Below the pieces are notes generated by a model. That model was not told the origin of the DNA, searched no databases, and saw only the letters and a list, made by a program, of their open reading frames with translations. A DNA stretch of 64,000 bases from Oscillospiraceae bacterium (GTDB lineage: Bacteria; Bacillota; Clostridia; Oscillospirales; Acutalibacteraceae), in NCBI GenBank assembly GCA_012520505.1, contig JAAYOC010000011.1, forward strand, positions 9,686 through 73,685, given 5' to 3'. Of this stretch, positions 9,913-18,992 are shown one piece after another; position 1 is the first letter of the stretch, and every line of letters begins with the position of its first letter. Position numbers and translations under genes: made by a program.

Positions 9913-10698
9913 CTATATCTTCGCATCTTTTGTGTGCTTGTAGACATCACCTTTAAGATACCTACACATCATTATATGTACGGCACTAGATAGTCGATTT
10001 AATATTTTAATTATGTCAGCATGCTCTATTTTTTTACCGTTACAAAAAGCCGCAACGGCAACAAGCTCTAACTGACGAATCTCCGTTCTTAAGAGATTTA
10101 ATCCGGCAAATTCGCTGCCCATTGAATAAGAAGGTAAAGTCATAACTTTAATGCCAAAATATTTTTCTGGATCATGTGACTGAGTTCTAATCTCATCAAA
10201 AGAAAGTCCCAAAATAGTATCTATTTCACATGGAAGGTTTAAAACTTCAGCCTGCATAATCTTTCTGAGAATTCCAAGTATTTCTTCAAGGTCCCGTATT
10301 AAAACTTCGCATCCACAGCATTCATAAATCATACTTTGTAAAAATACGATTTGTGCTTGTGTATAGTCTAATTTTCCGCGAAAAACTATAACCGGATCAT
10401 CTTTGAGGACCAGTTTATTTTCTCTTATATGCGTCATAGCTTCTGGTTTTGTTTTATGCATAGTACCTGTTTTGTAATCCACATAATGTGGACTTAATTG
10501 CTCTTGCTTTTTTGGCATATTATTTAGAGCCTTATTTACCTCACTTCTATTTGCCTCACTGTAAAACGGAATTACATTTCTATTGAGATAGTCTCGTGCA
10601 CTTGGAGATAAAATACGTCCTTTCGGTATGTAATACACAGATTTAGGATTTTTTTCCAATTCTGCACGAATTTCTTCTACGGAAATGAGTTTTGACAT
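9913..10698 (-). CDS. eutT: EutT-type ATP:cob(I)alamin adenosyltransferase
   Basis: 261 aa. The N-terminal module ...IPKGRILSPSARDYLNRNVI resembles Salmonella EutT LTPSARELL. It has an internal Cys cluster YECCGCEV, and the C-terminal LNRLSSAVHIMMCRYL resembles EutT NRLSSTVYVMM. Confidence 0.8.
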   Translation of the reverse strand: MSKLISVEEIRAELEKNPKSVYYIPKGRILSPSARDYLNRNVIPFYSEANRSEVNKALNNMPKKQEQLSPHYVDYKTGTMHKTKPEAMTHIRENKLVLKDDPVIVFRGKLDYTQAQIVFLQSMIYECCGCEVLIRDLEEILGILRKIMQAEVLNLPCEIDTILGLSFDEIRTQSHDPEKYFGIKVMTLPSYSMGSEFAGLNLLRTEIRQLELVAVAAFCNGKKIEHADIIKILNRLSSAVHIMMCRYLKGDVYKHTKDAKI

Positions 10699-11228
10699 CA
10701 GTTACGACCCCCGTTCTGACACTTTTTAAGCGCCTTGACGAGTTCATCCTTCTTTGCAAATTTAATTTGTTCACGAGTCATAGGGAAATCTTCAAAGCTG
10801 CGAGCAAGTGAACGTAGTTCAACTACCCTCATTGCATTAAGATCTTTTGCTGTGTGGTAATCCGTTTTTGCCTTTTTAGCAGGTGTAGATTTCTTAACCG
10901 ACGCAGTCTTCGACGGAACACTTATATCAGTTGTTGAAATATTTTGCAAAAACGTCCCTTTGAGTAAAACGCGAACGTTTGGATCAGGTCGTGGGATAAC
11001 ATGTACTGAAACAACATCGGAGACCTCTTTAGCTGCAGCTCCTCCGGCGTTAACTGCCGCTTTAACAGCACCTACATCACCTTCGATAAAAACAGCCGTC
11101 AATCCCCCACCAACCTTAACCATGGTAAGCAGACTAACATTTGCCGCTTTTAATGCGGCATCCAATGCTTCAATACAGCCGAGACGTCCCCGGACCTCGA
11201 TCATGCCGAGTGCTTTTGTCTTCTGCAT
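10698..11228 (-). CDS. BMC-H shell protein with a C-terminal HeH/Rho_N-like extension (EutK-like architecture)
   Basis: 176 aa. Residues 1-88 are a canonical BMC-H domain (ALGMIEVRGRLGCIEALDAALKAANV...VHVIPRP). They are followed by a basic S/T/K-rich linker and DLNAMRVVELRSLARSFEDFPMTREQIKFAKKDELVKALKK. Confidence 0.8.
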   Translation of the reverse strand: MQKTKALGMIEVRGRLGCIEALDAALKAANVSLLTMVKVGGGLTAVFIEGDVGAVKAAVNAGGAAAKEVSDVVSVHVIPRPDPNVRVLLKGTFLQNISTTDISVPSKTASVKKSTPAKKAKTDYHTAKDLNAMRVVELRSLARSFEDFPMTREQIKFAKKDELVKALKKCQNGGRN

Positions 11229-11245
11229 AGCTTAACTCCTTGTTG

Positions 11246-12166
11246 TTAAATTCGTTTTATTTCCACCTTATTTTGACTAGCACAATCTAATGCCAACGGA
11301 GACACAATAGTCTTCCTTGGCACTACGATAGCACTGCAACCTGACAAGAGAGCTTCTTTTACATGAGCCTCTGTCAGGTAATTAACGCCGATCATGACGT
11401 CGTCCGGAAGAAGATCTAACTGATTTTGTGAAACAGATGTCTGTATATTCGGTTTCGTTTCAAATGATTTATTTCCAAAACTACTACCGAAGTGGTTGCT
11501 GCTAGAATTACCACTAAATTTACGCACAATAGTACCTTTGACATCTTCGCTCCAGCCACAAGCATTTGCCTCATCAAAATCAATGTGCATCGCTAGCTTA
11601 TGAGTTTCTCCGGCACGAACCGGAACACTGTTAAATGTCAGCGGTCGTGGCGTATCAATACGAATGTCAACTAAATCGCCATCCTTTAAGCCGGCAACAC
11701 GAGCTTCCTCCTCAGAGAGATGAAGATGGTTTTTCGCCACAATTAAACTACCTTTTGCCATTAAAAATGCTTTTTTCGATGCAATCAGCATATCCGTTGC
11801 ATTTTGCAAATCTCCTGACAAGGCAACCGGTGCAGACAATCCTATAGTACGCAAATCTGTCATGGAAAGTTCCACTTGAGTATGATTTCGTGCAGGACCA
11901 AGCACCGCCACATTGTTTAGCGTCGCTTTAGGACCTATCAAAGAAACCCGTTCTTCACATAAAAATTGACCGGGTTGAGACAAGTTTCGCTTCGCTGTTA
12001 GGCGATAACCTTTTCCAAAAAGTTTCTCCACATCTTCCGTACTTAAATGTACATGTCGACCGGATGCTTCAATAGGTACAGTAAACCCCGTTTCCATTGA
12101 TACATCCTCTGACAAGTATTCCGAAACAACGCCTGAAACGACTTTACGAATCAGGTCTTCATTCAT
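11246..12166 (-). CDS. pduL: PduL-type phosphotransacylase with an N-terminal encapsulation-like helix and an extra C-terminal module
   Basis: 306 aa. Has two PduL repeats (ASGRHVHLSTEDVEKLFG and AKNHLHLSEEEARVAGLKDGD) and an N-terminal amphipathic EDLIRKVVSGVVSEYL. About 88 extra C-terminal residues are present; see findings. Confidence 0.85.
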   Translation of the reverse strand: MNEDLIRKVVSGVVSEYLSEDVSMETGFTVPIEASGRHVHLSTEDVEKLFGKGYRLTAKRNLSQPGQFLCEERVSLIGPKATLNNVAVLGPARNHTQVELSMTDLRTIGLSAPVALSGDLQNATDMLIASKKAFLMAKGSLIVAKNHLHLSEEEARVAGLKDGDLVDIRIDTPRPLTFNSVPVRAGETHKLAMHIDFDEANACGWSEDVKGTIVRKFSGNSSSNHFGSSFGNKSFETKPNIQTSVSQNQLDLLPDDVMIGVNYLTEAHVKEALLSGCSAIVVPRKTIVSPLALDCASQNKVEIKRI

Positions 12167-12186
12167 GGATTAACCCTCCGGATTAA

Positions 12187-12483
12187 TTATTCAGCATCTG
12201 TAGCCAAAGTTGGAAGAATGTACTCAACTTCGTTGTGTGGTCGTGGAATAACGTGTACAGAAATGAGCTCACCTACGCGGTCTGCTGCCGCTCCACCTGC
12301 TTCTGTAGCCGCTTTAACAGCACCTACATCGCCTCGTACCATAACTGTTACAAGACCGCCACCAACATGCACTTTCCCACAAAGACGTACATTTGCTGCT
12401 TTTACCATAGCATCTGCCGCTTCAATTGATGCAACAAGACCTCTTGTTTCTACCATTCCTAATGCTTCTGTAATTTTTGCCAT
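12187..12483 (-). CDS. eutM: Major BMC-H hexamer shell protein EutM/PduA type
   Basis: 98 aa. [29 protein letters not shown]...[20 protein letters not shown]...VHVIPRPH is the canonical BMC-H sequence. Confidence 0.93.
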   Translation of the reverse strand: MAKITEALGMVETRGLVASIEAADAMVKAANVRLCGKVHVGGGLVTVMVRGDVGAVKAATEAGGAAADRVGELISVHVIPRPHNEVEYILPTLATDAE

Positions 12484-12611
12484 AACTTTTTCCTCCCAGA
12501 AAAAATAATTTACTATGTTGTTTTACCGTTGTTTTGCATTATTTTGCTATTCATCGGCTTTACTTTATATTTAGCGGAAATCTCTAAGCTTTAGTAGTAA
12601 TCCTTTAAACT

Positions 12612-14246
12612 TTAAGATTCAGCTAATATTTTTTTTACAACTTCTGCTGTCATTTGTCTAACTTCCGACTCAGATATAGATGTATCTGATGATTTTGAGA
12701 CACTTCCATAAGATGTTGGCTTAGACGAAAATGATGAATATGAAGTTGAATTTGAAAACGAAGATATAGTCGGTGTCTTATAGGAGCCACCCTTGTATGA
12801 AGGTGATGAATAAGACTTCGGTTTTGAAGTTTTATGACTTGAACTGCCAATCTTTACACCGGTAAGTTGCTCACCAATATCATAAATTTCCTCAAGTTCT
12901 TTTGTTCCATAGGCAACACGCCGAACATTAAACAAGTTTTCAGGTCCAACATTATCTGAGGTTGCACTACCTCCTATTGCACCACAACCAAGGGTAAGTG
13001 ATGGAAACAAGTTAGTTGTTACACCTACGCCACCGAGAGCTGCCGGTGTATTAACAAGAACACGTGATACCGGTTTCTTTTTACCAAACTCTCTAATTAT
13101 CTTTTCATCATGAGTATGCATTACCATCGTATGTCCGGTACCCTCATTTTCGAGAAGTTCAATTGCTTTTTCACAAGCTTCTTCCCAATTTTTAACCGTA
13201 AAGAATGCAAGAATTGGACAAAGTTTCTCACGTGAATACGGATACTTTTTACCAATACCGGTATGCTCAGTGATAAGTATTACTGTGTCGGAAGGAACAT
13301 CAATTCCTGCCATATCGGCAATCTCAAGTGCAGTCTTTCCAACAATCTGAGGATTCATTGTATTATTTGCTCTCATTATAAAATGAGAAACTTTTTCCGA
13401 TTCTTCTTTTGTCATAAAGTGGCAGTGCTGCTTTTTAAGTTCAGAAACCACTTTTTCTTTTATAGCACTTTCGGTAATAATCGATTGCTCTGAAGCGCAA
13501 ATCGTACCATTATCGAAAGTCTTACTGTCTATTAAACGCTTAACAGCCAAAGAAATATCAGCCGTACGTTCTATATAGCAAGGACCGTTGCCGGGACCTA
13601 CACCAAGTGCCGGGTTTCCTGAACTGTACGCAGCACGCACCATAGCGTCGCCGCCGGTCGCAAGAATTATTCCTGTGTCAGGGTGCTTCATCAACGTGTC
13701 AGTTGCCTGACGTGTTGGTGTCATAACAACCTGTACTATGTTTTCCGGCGCACCAACTTTACGACATGCGTCCTGAATTGTTTTAACTGTAGATAAAATA
13801 CAATTCATAGCATTCGGGTGGGGTGAAATAATAATTGCATTACCGGCCTTTAAGGAAATCAGAACTTTATACATTACAGTTGACGTAGGGTTAGTAGATG
13901 GAATCAACGCAACTACTACGCCAATGGGAACGGCAACTTCAATAACCTTGTCTACTTTATTATCATTTAAAATTCCAACGGTCTTCATGTCTTTAATAGC
14001 ATCATAGACCATTTTAGAACCAAGTAAGTTCTTTAAAACCTTGTCTTCCCATTTTCCAAAGCCCGTCTCGTCTTTTGCCATTTTAGCCAACGGTACAGCC
14101 TCTTTTACACAGGCATCAGTCACCGCTTTACAAAGCTTATCAATCTTCGCCTGATCCCATTCGGCCAGTTGTTTTTGTGCAACAACGGCATTAGAAATTA
14201 GATTTCTAGCTTCTTGGATAGAGCGTAAGTCTTTATCAAATTCCAT
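12612..14246 (-). CDS. eutE: CoA-acylating acetaldehyde dehydrogenase EutE with a 78-aa C-terminal extension
   Basis: 544 aa. The ALDH core runs from [14 protein letters not shown] onward and includes [12 protein letters not shown] (catalytic Cys). The C-terminal S/Y-rich tail plus amphipathic helix is not part of the core. Confidence 0.9.
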   Translation of the reverse strand: MEFDKDLRSIQEARNLISNAVVAQKQLAEWDQAKIDKLCKAVTDACVKEAVPLAKMAKDETGFGKWEDKVLKNLLGSKMVYDAIKDMKTVGILNDNKVDKVIEVAVPIGVVVALIPSTNPTSTVMYKVLISLKAGNAIIISPHPNAMNCILSTVKTIQDACRKVGAPENIVQVVMTPTRQATDTLMKHPDTGIILATGGDAMVRAAYSSGNPALGVGPGNGPCYIERTADISLAVKRLIDSKTFDNGTICASEQSIITESAIKEKVVSELKKQHCHFMTKEESEKVSHFIMRANNTMNPQIVGKTALEIADMAGIDVPSDTVILITEHTGIGKKYPYSREKLCPILAFFTVKNWEEACEKAIELLENEGTGHTMVMHTHDEKIIREFGKKKPVSRVLVNTPAALGGVGVTTNLFPSLTLGCGAIGGSATSDNVGPENLFNVRRVAYGTKELEEIYDIGEQLTGVKIGSSSHKTSKPKSYSSPSYKGGSYKTPTISSFSNSTSYSSFSSKPTSYGSVSKSSDTSISESEVRQMTAEVVKKILAES

Positions 14247-14363
14247 AATCCGTTGTCTCCTTTCATGATAAATGTCAGTACATATTTTTCAGTACGAAAA
14301 TGAAAACTAAATCAAGAATTAAATCAAATTTATTTCGTAAACCTGTTTTATAAGTTTGAAAAA

Positions 14364-15020
14364 CTAATCTATTGAGATTGGACGATCTGCAATATTATTC
14401 ACACGACGAGCAAAAGCTTCCGATGCAGCTCGACATGCAGCCTGAGTTCCGGTTAAAAGTCCACCCGCAAAATTAGTCTCAGATGGAGGACCATAGAATA
14501 CATTCATTTCCACTTCTGCCGACTTTAAAGCTTCATCAATTCCACATATAGCTTCATTTGGTGGTGCAATAACATAGAGCATAGGTGTACCTTTCGGAAC
14601 ACCTGCCTGCGCAGAAAGATAGGTCCCTGTCTGTGCAATTACATGTGAAAAATAAACAATGCTATCATCTGAATTCGCACTATAGAAAAATGCGTCATTT
14701 TCTATGTAAGAGATAAATGCATCTATTCCACTACGAACTTCCGCGGGAGTTGGTCCTGCTAAAATGCCGATGAATTCACCTGCTAATTTTGTAGAAGCAT
14801 TAGATGCTCCTGCATACATGGAGCGAGCATAAACCACACATACATCTGCTTTTTTCGTAGCTTCGTCTAAAGCTACATAACCAACATCATCACAGTCAGT
14901 AGTTAAAATACCGAGACTACGAAAACCAGCCGGAACATTTAACTGTTCAAGAAGAGCTTTATCCGCATTTGGAATTTCCTGGACACTTAAAAGTTTAGTA
15001 TGTATACGATCACCTTTCAT
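14364..15020 (-). CDS. eutL: Tandem-BMC trimeric shell protein EutL
   Basis: 218 aa. RSLGILTTDCDDVGYVALDEATKKADVCVVYARSMYAGA...PPSETNFAGGLLTGTQAACRAA is collinear with my recollection of E. coli EutL. Confidence 0.93.
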   Translation of the reverse strand: MKGDRIHTKLLSVQEIPNADKALLEQLNVPAGFRSLGILTTDCDDVGYVALDEATKKADVCVVYARSMYAGASNASTKLAGEFIGILAGPTPAEVRSGIDAFISYIENDAFFYSANSDDSIVYFSHVIAQTGTYLSAQAGVPKGTPMLYVIAPPNEAICGIDEALKSAEVEMNVFYGPPSETNFAGGLLTGTQAACRAASEAFARRVNNIADRPISID

Positions 15021-15075
15021 ATTGCTCTATCCTTTCAAAATATAAACTTGCAAAATGTGATTCAATTGACTCTTG

Positions 15076-15969
15076 TCACATCTGTAAATCTACACCACTC
15101 TTTTTCTCTTTTAAAATTGTCTGTAGTAAATCTACTAAATATGCGCCAGCTTCAACCGGCTGAATACCATTCTTATGGATATTGGAAACAACGGTACGTT
15201 TAGATTCCGGAAGTCCAACATAAGCACCATACGTAATGTATGCACTCATCGAATCGGCAGCAGCAAGACCCGGTCGTTCACCAAGTAATACACAAACAAG
15301 CTCTGCATTTGTTGTTTCACTAACTGCATCTCCGGTACCTACACGACCGTATTTTATAAAAAACGGAGTTCCTACTTTTATTCCGGCATCCGTTAAACCA
15401 TCCATCAAAATCGGAAGTAAATCTTTTATATTATTTTCTACCGCTGAGTTTGAAAGTCCATCAGATACATAAATTTGAATCTGTGGATTTTGAATACAAT
15501 TTTTCTTTATAAAATCTACTGCCTCATCTGAAAGTTGACGACCGAGATCAGGACGGGTTAAATGCTCGTTTATCTCAGTCGCTTTGGACTGTACGATTGG
15601 TAAATTAAGTTCTTTAAGTAAATCTTCGTCTATCTGCTTTTGCACAGCATCTTTTGCCATAGAATGGTCAGCGCGTAAAGATAAGAGAGATTTAGTATTA
15701 AGTCTTTCACCGGAACGACCTATTCCAACACGTGCTGTAGTCGCTTTTTCCATAGCACGTAATGCCAATGGATTTTCCGGATCAATAATTTGAATGGAGG
15801 ATTTAAACTCCTGTCCGGTCAAATCCGGAGACTTCCAACGCGCATTTATTTCTAAATTTACATCTGAATTTGGATGAGCATACTGCGGAGTTGTGTTCTT
15901 TTCGGAAAGTACTCGCATTACTTCTCTGGTAATTACTTCAATCAGTTTTTCTCTGTCCAGAATGCTCAC
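15076..15969 (-). CDS. eutC: Ethanolamine ammonia-lyase small subunit EutC
   Basis: 297 aa. The N-terminal amphipathic REKLIEVITREVMRVLSEK looks like an encapsulation peptide. The core has ARVGIGRSGERL and VLLGERPGL. It overlaps eutB by 4 nt. Confidence 0.92.
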   Translation of the reverse strand: MSILDREKLIEVITREVMRVLSEKNTTPQYAHPNSDVNLEINARWKSPDLTGQEFKSSIQIIDPENPLALRAMEKATTARVGIGRSGERLNTKSLLSLRADHSMAKDAVQKQIDEDLLKELNLPIVQSKATEINEHLTRPDLGRQLSDEAVDFIKKNCIQNPQIQIYVSDGLSNSAVENNIKDLLPILMDGLTDAGIKVGTPFFIKYGRVGTGDAVSETTNAELVCVLLGERPGLAAADSMSAYITYGAYVGLPESKRTVVSNIHKNGIQPVEAGAYLVDLLQTILKEKKSGVDLQM

Positions 15970-17360
15970 CTCCTGCTTTCTGTAAAAATTGTAGCATCTC
16001 CCATTCTATATGTCGGACGCCCATTTTCATCTATAATTCCAATTTTCTTCATCCAATCTTCAAACTCCTTAATTGGACGAAGTCCTAATAATGTTCGAAT
16101 TGCTTGAATATCTTGATATGAATTTGTTTGGTAGTTAAGCATTATGTCATCGCCTGAAGGAACCGCAATAATGTACGTACATCCCGCGGCAGAAAGCATA
16201 ACAGCTAAATTTTCGATGTCATTTTGGTCAGCTGCCATATGATTAGTGTAACAACAATCACAACCCATTGGAAGACCGGTAAGTTTACCCATAAAATGGT
16301 CTTCAAGACCTGCACGAATAACTTGTTTACTGTCATAAAGATACTCAGGACCTATGAATCCTACAACCGTGTTAACCATAAAAGGTTTAAACGGTTTAGC
16401 AAAGCCGTAACAACGTGCTTCCATAGTAACTTGATCCGCACCAAAGTTTGCGTCTGATGACAACTCAGCACCCTGACCGGTTTCAAAATAAAGAAGATTT
16501 TCTCCTTTTGCAGTACCTTTAACTTTTAAAAGATCGGTTGCTTCCTGTACAGTAGTTGCTGAAAATCCAAAAGCCGTATTACCCTTTTCAGAACCTGCGA
16601 TACTTTGAAAAATCATATCACACGGGGCACCTTGTTTTACAGCTTCAATCTGCGTATTTATGTGCGCTAAAACACAGATTTGTGATGGTATTTCAAACTT
16701 GTTTTTTACATCATCAAGCAATTCAAAAATCTGTTTAGTGTTAGCAATAGTATCATTAACCGGATTTAAGCCGAGCACTGCATCGCCCACACCATAGCTC
16801 AAACCCTCAAAAAGTGAAGCTCGAATACCGTCAATGCTATCCACCGTATGATTCGGCTGAAGGCGAGCAGAAAGAGTTCCACGACGACCCATAGTTGTAT
16901 TACAAGTTGTGTGAACACGTATTTTATTTGCAGCATATATCAAATCAAGGTTAGACATGAGCTTAGCCACAGCAGCGATTGTTTCCGAAGTTAAACCATT
17001 ACGAATTTCATCAATTTCTGCCTGTTCTGTATTTTCAGAGAGAATAAACTCACGAAGTTCCGCAATGCTCCAATTTTTTATTCTGTTATATACATTTTCA
17101 TCTATTCCGTCTTGAATAAGTCTTGTTACTTCGTCTTCCTCGTAAGGTACAACAGGATTGTTTCGAACATCACTGATTAAAAGATTAGACAACACATCCT
17201 TTGCTGCAACACGTTCACTATCACTTCGTGCAGCAATACCCGCCATGGCATCTCCCGATTTTAATTCGTTAGCTCTGCCGAGAACTTCTTTGACCGAGTC
17301 AAAATTATAAGATTTTCCGCCCAACTGCGAACTAAGTCTCATAGTTTTATGTCTCCTCAA
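15966..17360 (-). CDS. eutB: Ethanolamine ammonia-lyase large subunit EutB (AdoCbl-dependent)
   Basis: 464 aa, collinear with EutB throughout (YNFDSVKEVLGRANELKSGD, LGLNPVNDT, YFETGQGAELS). Confidence 0.95.
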   Translation of the reverse strand: MRRHKTMRLSSQLGGKSYNFDSVKEVLGRANELKSGDAMAGIAARSDSERVAAKDVLSNLLISDVRNNPVVPYEEDEVTRLIQDGIDENVYNRIKNWSIAELREFILSENTEQAEIDEIRNGLTSETIAAVAKLMSNLDLIYAANKIRVHTTCNTTMGRRGTLSARLQPNHTVDSIDGIRASLFEGLSYGVGDAVLGLNPVNDTIANTKQIFELLDDVKNKFEIPSQICVLAHINTQIEAVKQGAPCDMIFQSIAGSEKGNTAFGFSATTVQEATDLLKVKGTAKGENLLYFETGQGAELSSDANFGADQVTMEARCYGFAKPFKPFMVNTVVGFIGPEYLYDSKQVIRAGLEDHFMGKLTGLPMGCDCCYTNHMAADQNDIENLAVMLSAAGCTYIIAVPSGDDIMLNYQTNSYQDIQAIRTLLGLRPIKEFEDWMKKIGIIDENGRPTYRMGDATIFTESRR

Positions 17361-18781
17361 CTGAAAATAAGTGTTTTAACTACAACAGGCAATGCCACTC
17401 CATCCATAACCGGTGCGCCTATGTCTATATAATCACCTGACCGAACAGAAACCCTGTCTAAACATATTATTGTTCGTTCCTTATTAATTCGACCTATGAC
17501 TAACCCTAAAGCTTTTGCCAAGTCGTTTTCACAAATAATTACCAATGGATATTCGTGGTTTAAAACTGCGGCATCCAAATCAAGTAAAGCAGCAGCCATA
17601 TTGCAAAGCTCCTTATATGAAGCCATTTCTTTTCCTTTGATACAAATTCCAATTCTTTCCTCTTGGCTCTGGTCAATATACCACCGAAGCCCTTTTTGAA
17701 GCCGCTCAGATTGACCTAGATACAAATCCATTTCTTCCTGCTCGTTTGCCTTATACATTGGCAAATTTTTGATAGGAAAAACATTTTCATTATAAGAAAT
17801 GGTACTTCCGCTGACCTCCGTCATATATGTTCCCGCACCGACAACAGTAGCGCGGATAGTCTCTTTCGGTTCTACAATTTCATAGCTTTCGAAAATTTTT
17901 TGTTTCTGAAGCGATTTAGCTATTGCCGGGCCTAAATCAAAAAACCTTCGAAGATTATTTTCGTCACTGTAGTAACAATCTGAAACTCCGCCTGAAAAAG
18001 ATATGTATTCAATTTGCTCCTTAATGTTTAATGGCGAACTGGTTCTAGTTGTAGCAATTTGAGTTAACTCAGTATGCTCTAAATTTATGCTGTCAAATAT
18101 TGTTTGAGCTAAAAGCAATCCCACTTCTAACAACTCATCATCAGAAATACGACTCCCCTCTTCAAAACGTATTCCACGTAAAGCACAAAGGTCGTTCAAT
18201 CGTGGACTAACATAAGAAATAATTCCGCTCTCGTCATATTTCATAATACGTCCACCAACATCCAGACAAGTTTGTCCAACCAAAGCTCCACAATCAAATA
18301 CCGAAATATTTGTTGTGCCGCCACCTATATCGAGATTTGCTGCTATACAACCATATTTCTTTGAAAACTCTTCTGCTCCGGAACCTCTTCCGGCTAAAAT
18401 TGATTCCAAATCCGGACCTGCCGTTGCTACAACAAATTCACCGGCAAGTGAACTGATTGAATCAACCACTATTTGTGCGTTCTCTTTGAGAGATGATTCA
18501 CCGGTAATAATTACAGCACCGGTATCTACCATTTCCGGAGTAATTCCGGCATTCCTGTATTCCTTTTCTATAATTTGTCTGATTTTTTCTCCATCGAGCA
18601 CCTCTCTGGTTTTGAGTGGCGTTTGATAAAGCTCAGAACGATAAATAATTTCCTTTTTAGTTATATTTATTTCAGGCACCATATGACTAGCTGCCGTATT
18701 TTGCATACCGAGCTTTGAAACAATCATGCTCGTGGTAGTAGTTCCGATATCGATTCCAACACTGAGAATCTCTTTTTTCAA
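17357..18781 (-). CDS. eutA: Ethanolamine ammonia-lyase reactivating factor EutA
   Basis: 474 aa. Actin-fold ATPase motifs SVGIDIGTTTT and NLDIGGGTTN. First gene of the operon, with a TTG start preceded by AAAAGGGGTGG. Confidence 0.92.
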   Translation of the reverse strand: MKKEILSVGIDIGTTTTSMIVSKLGMQNTAASHMVPEINITKKEIIYRSELYQTPLKTREVLDGEKIRQIIEKEYRNAGITPEMVDTGAVIITGESSLKENAQIVVDSISSLAGEFVVATAGPDLESILAGRGSGAEEFSKKYGCIAANLDIGGGTTNISVFDCGALVGQTCLDVGGRIMKYDESGIISYVSPRLNDLCALRGIRFEEGSRISDDELLEVGLLLAQTIFDSINLEHTELTQIATTRTSSPLNIKEQIEYISFSGGVSDCYYSDENNLRRFFDLGPAIAKSLQKQKIFESYEIVEPKETIRATVVGAGTYMTEVSGSTISYNENVFPIKNLPMYKANEQEEMDLYLGQSERLQKGLRWYIDQSQEERIGICIKGKEMASYKELCNMAAALLDLDAAVLNHEYPLVIICENDLAKALGLVIGRINKERTIICLDRVSVRSGDYIDIGAPVMDGVALPVVVKTLIFS

Positions 18782-18874
18782 AACTTACCACCCCTTTTAG
18801 CATTAGTCGTAAAATACACATGTTCAATTGTATCATAACATTACGGTTTCTGTCCATATAATATACACCAAAAT

Positions 18875-18903
18875 AGTATACAAATTTATATAAAAAAACT
18901 CAA
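18875..18903 (-). promoter_or_regulatory. Candidate sigma-A promoter of the eut operon
   Basis: The minus strand reads TTGAGT-17 nt-TATACT, about 90 nt upstream of the eutA start. Motif match by eye only. Confidence 0.4.
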
Positions 18904-18992
18904 CATATTGTTATGTGATCAATTTAATTATTCTCTATATTGCGATTCACAGGAGCACGAGCACAACACGAGCATAAAGTCTTCTTGAGCAT

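Noticed and set aside
12612-12848. Possibility that the EutE tail is a separate small gene or a frameshift fusion.
   Set aside because: The frame is continuous with the ALDH core and has no internal start/SD signal. The tail ends in a sequence with the expected character of an encapsulation helix. An assembly artefact cannot be excluded without read data, as noted in the finding.
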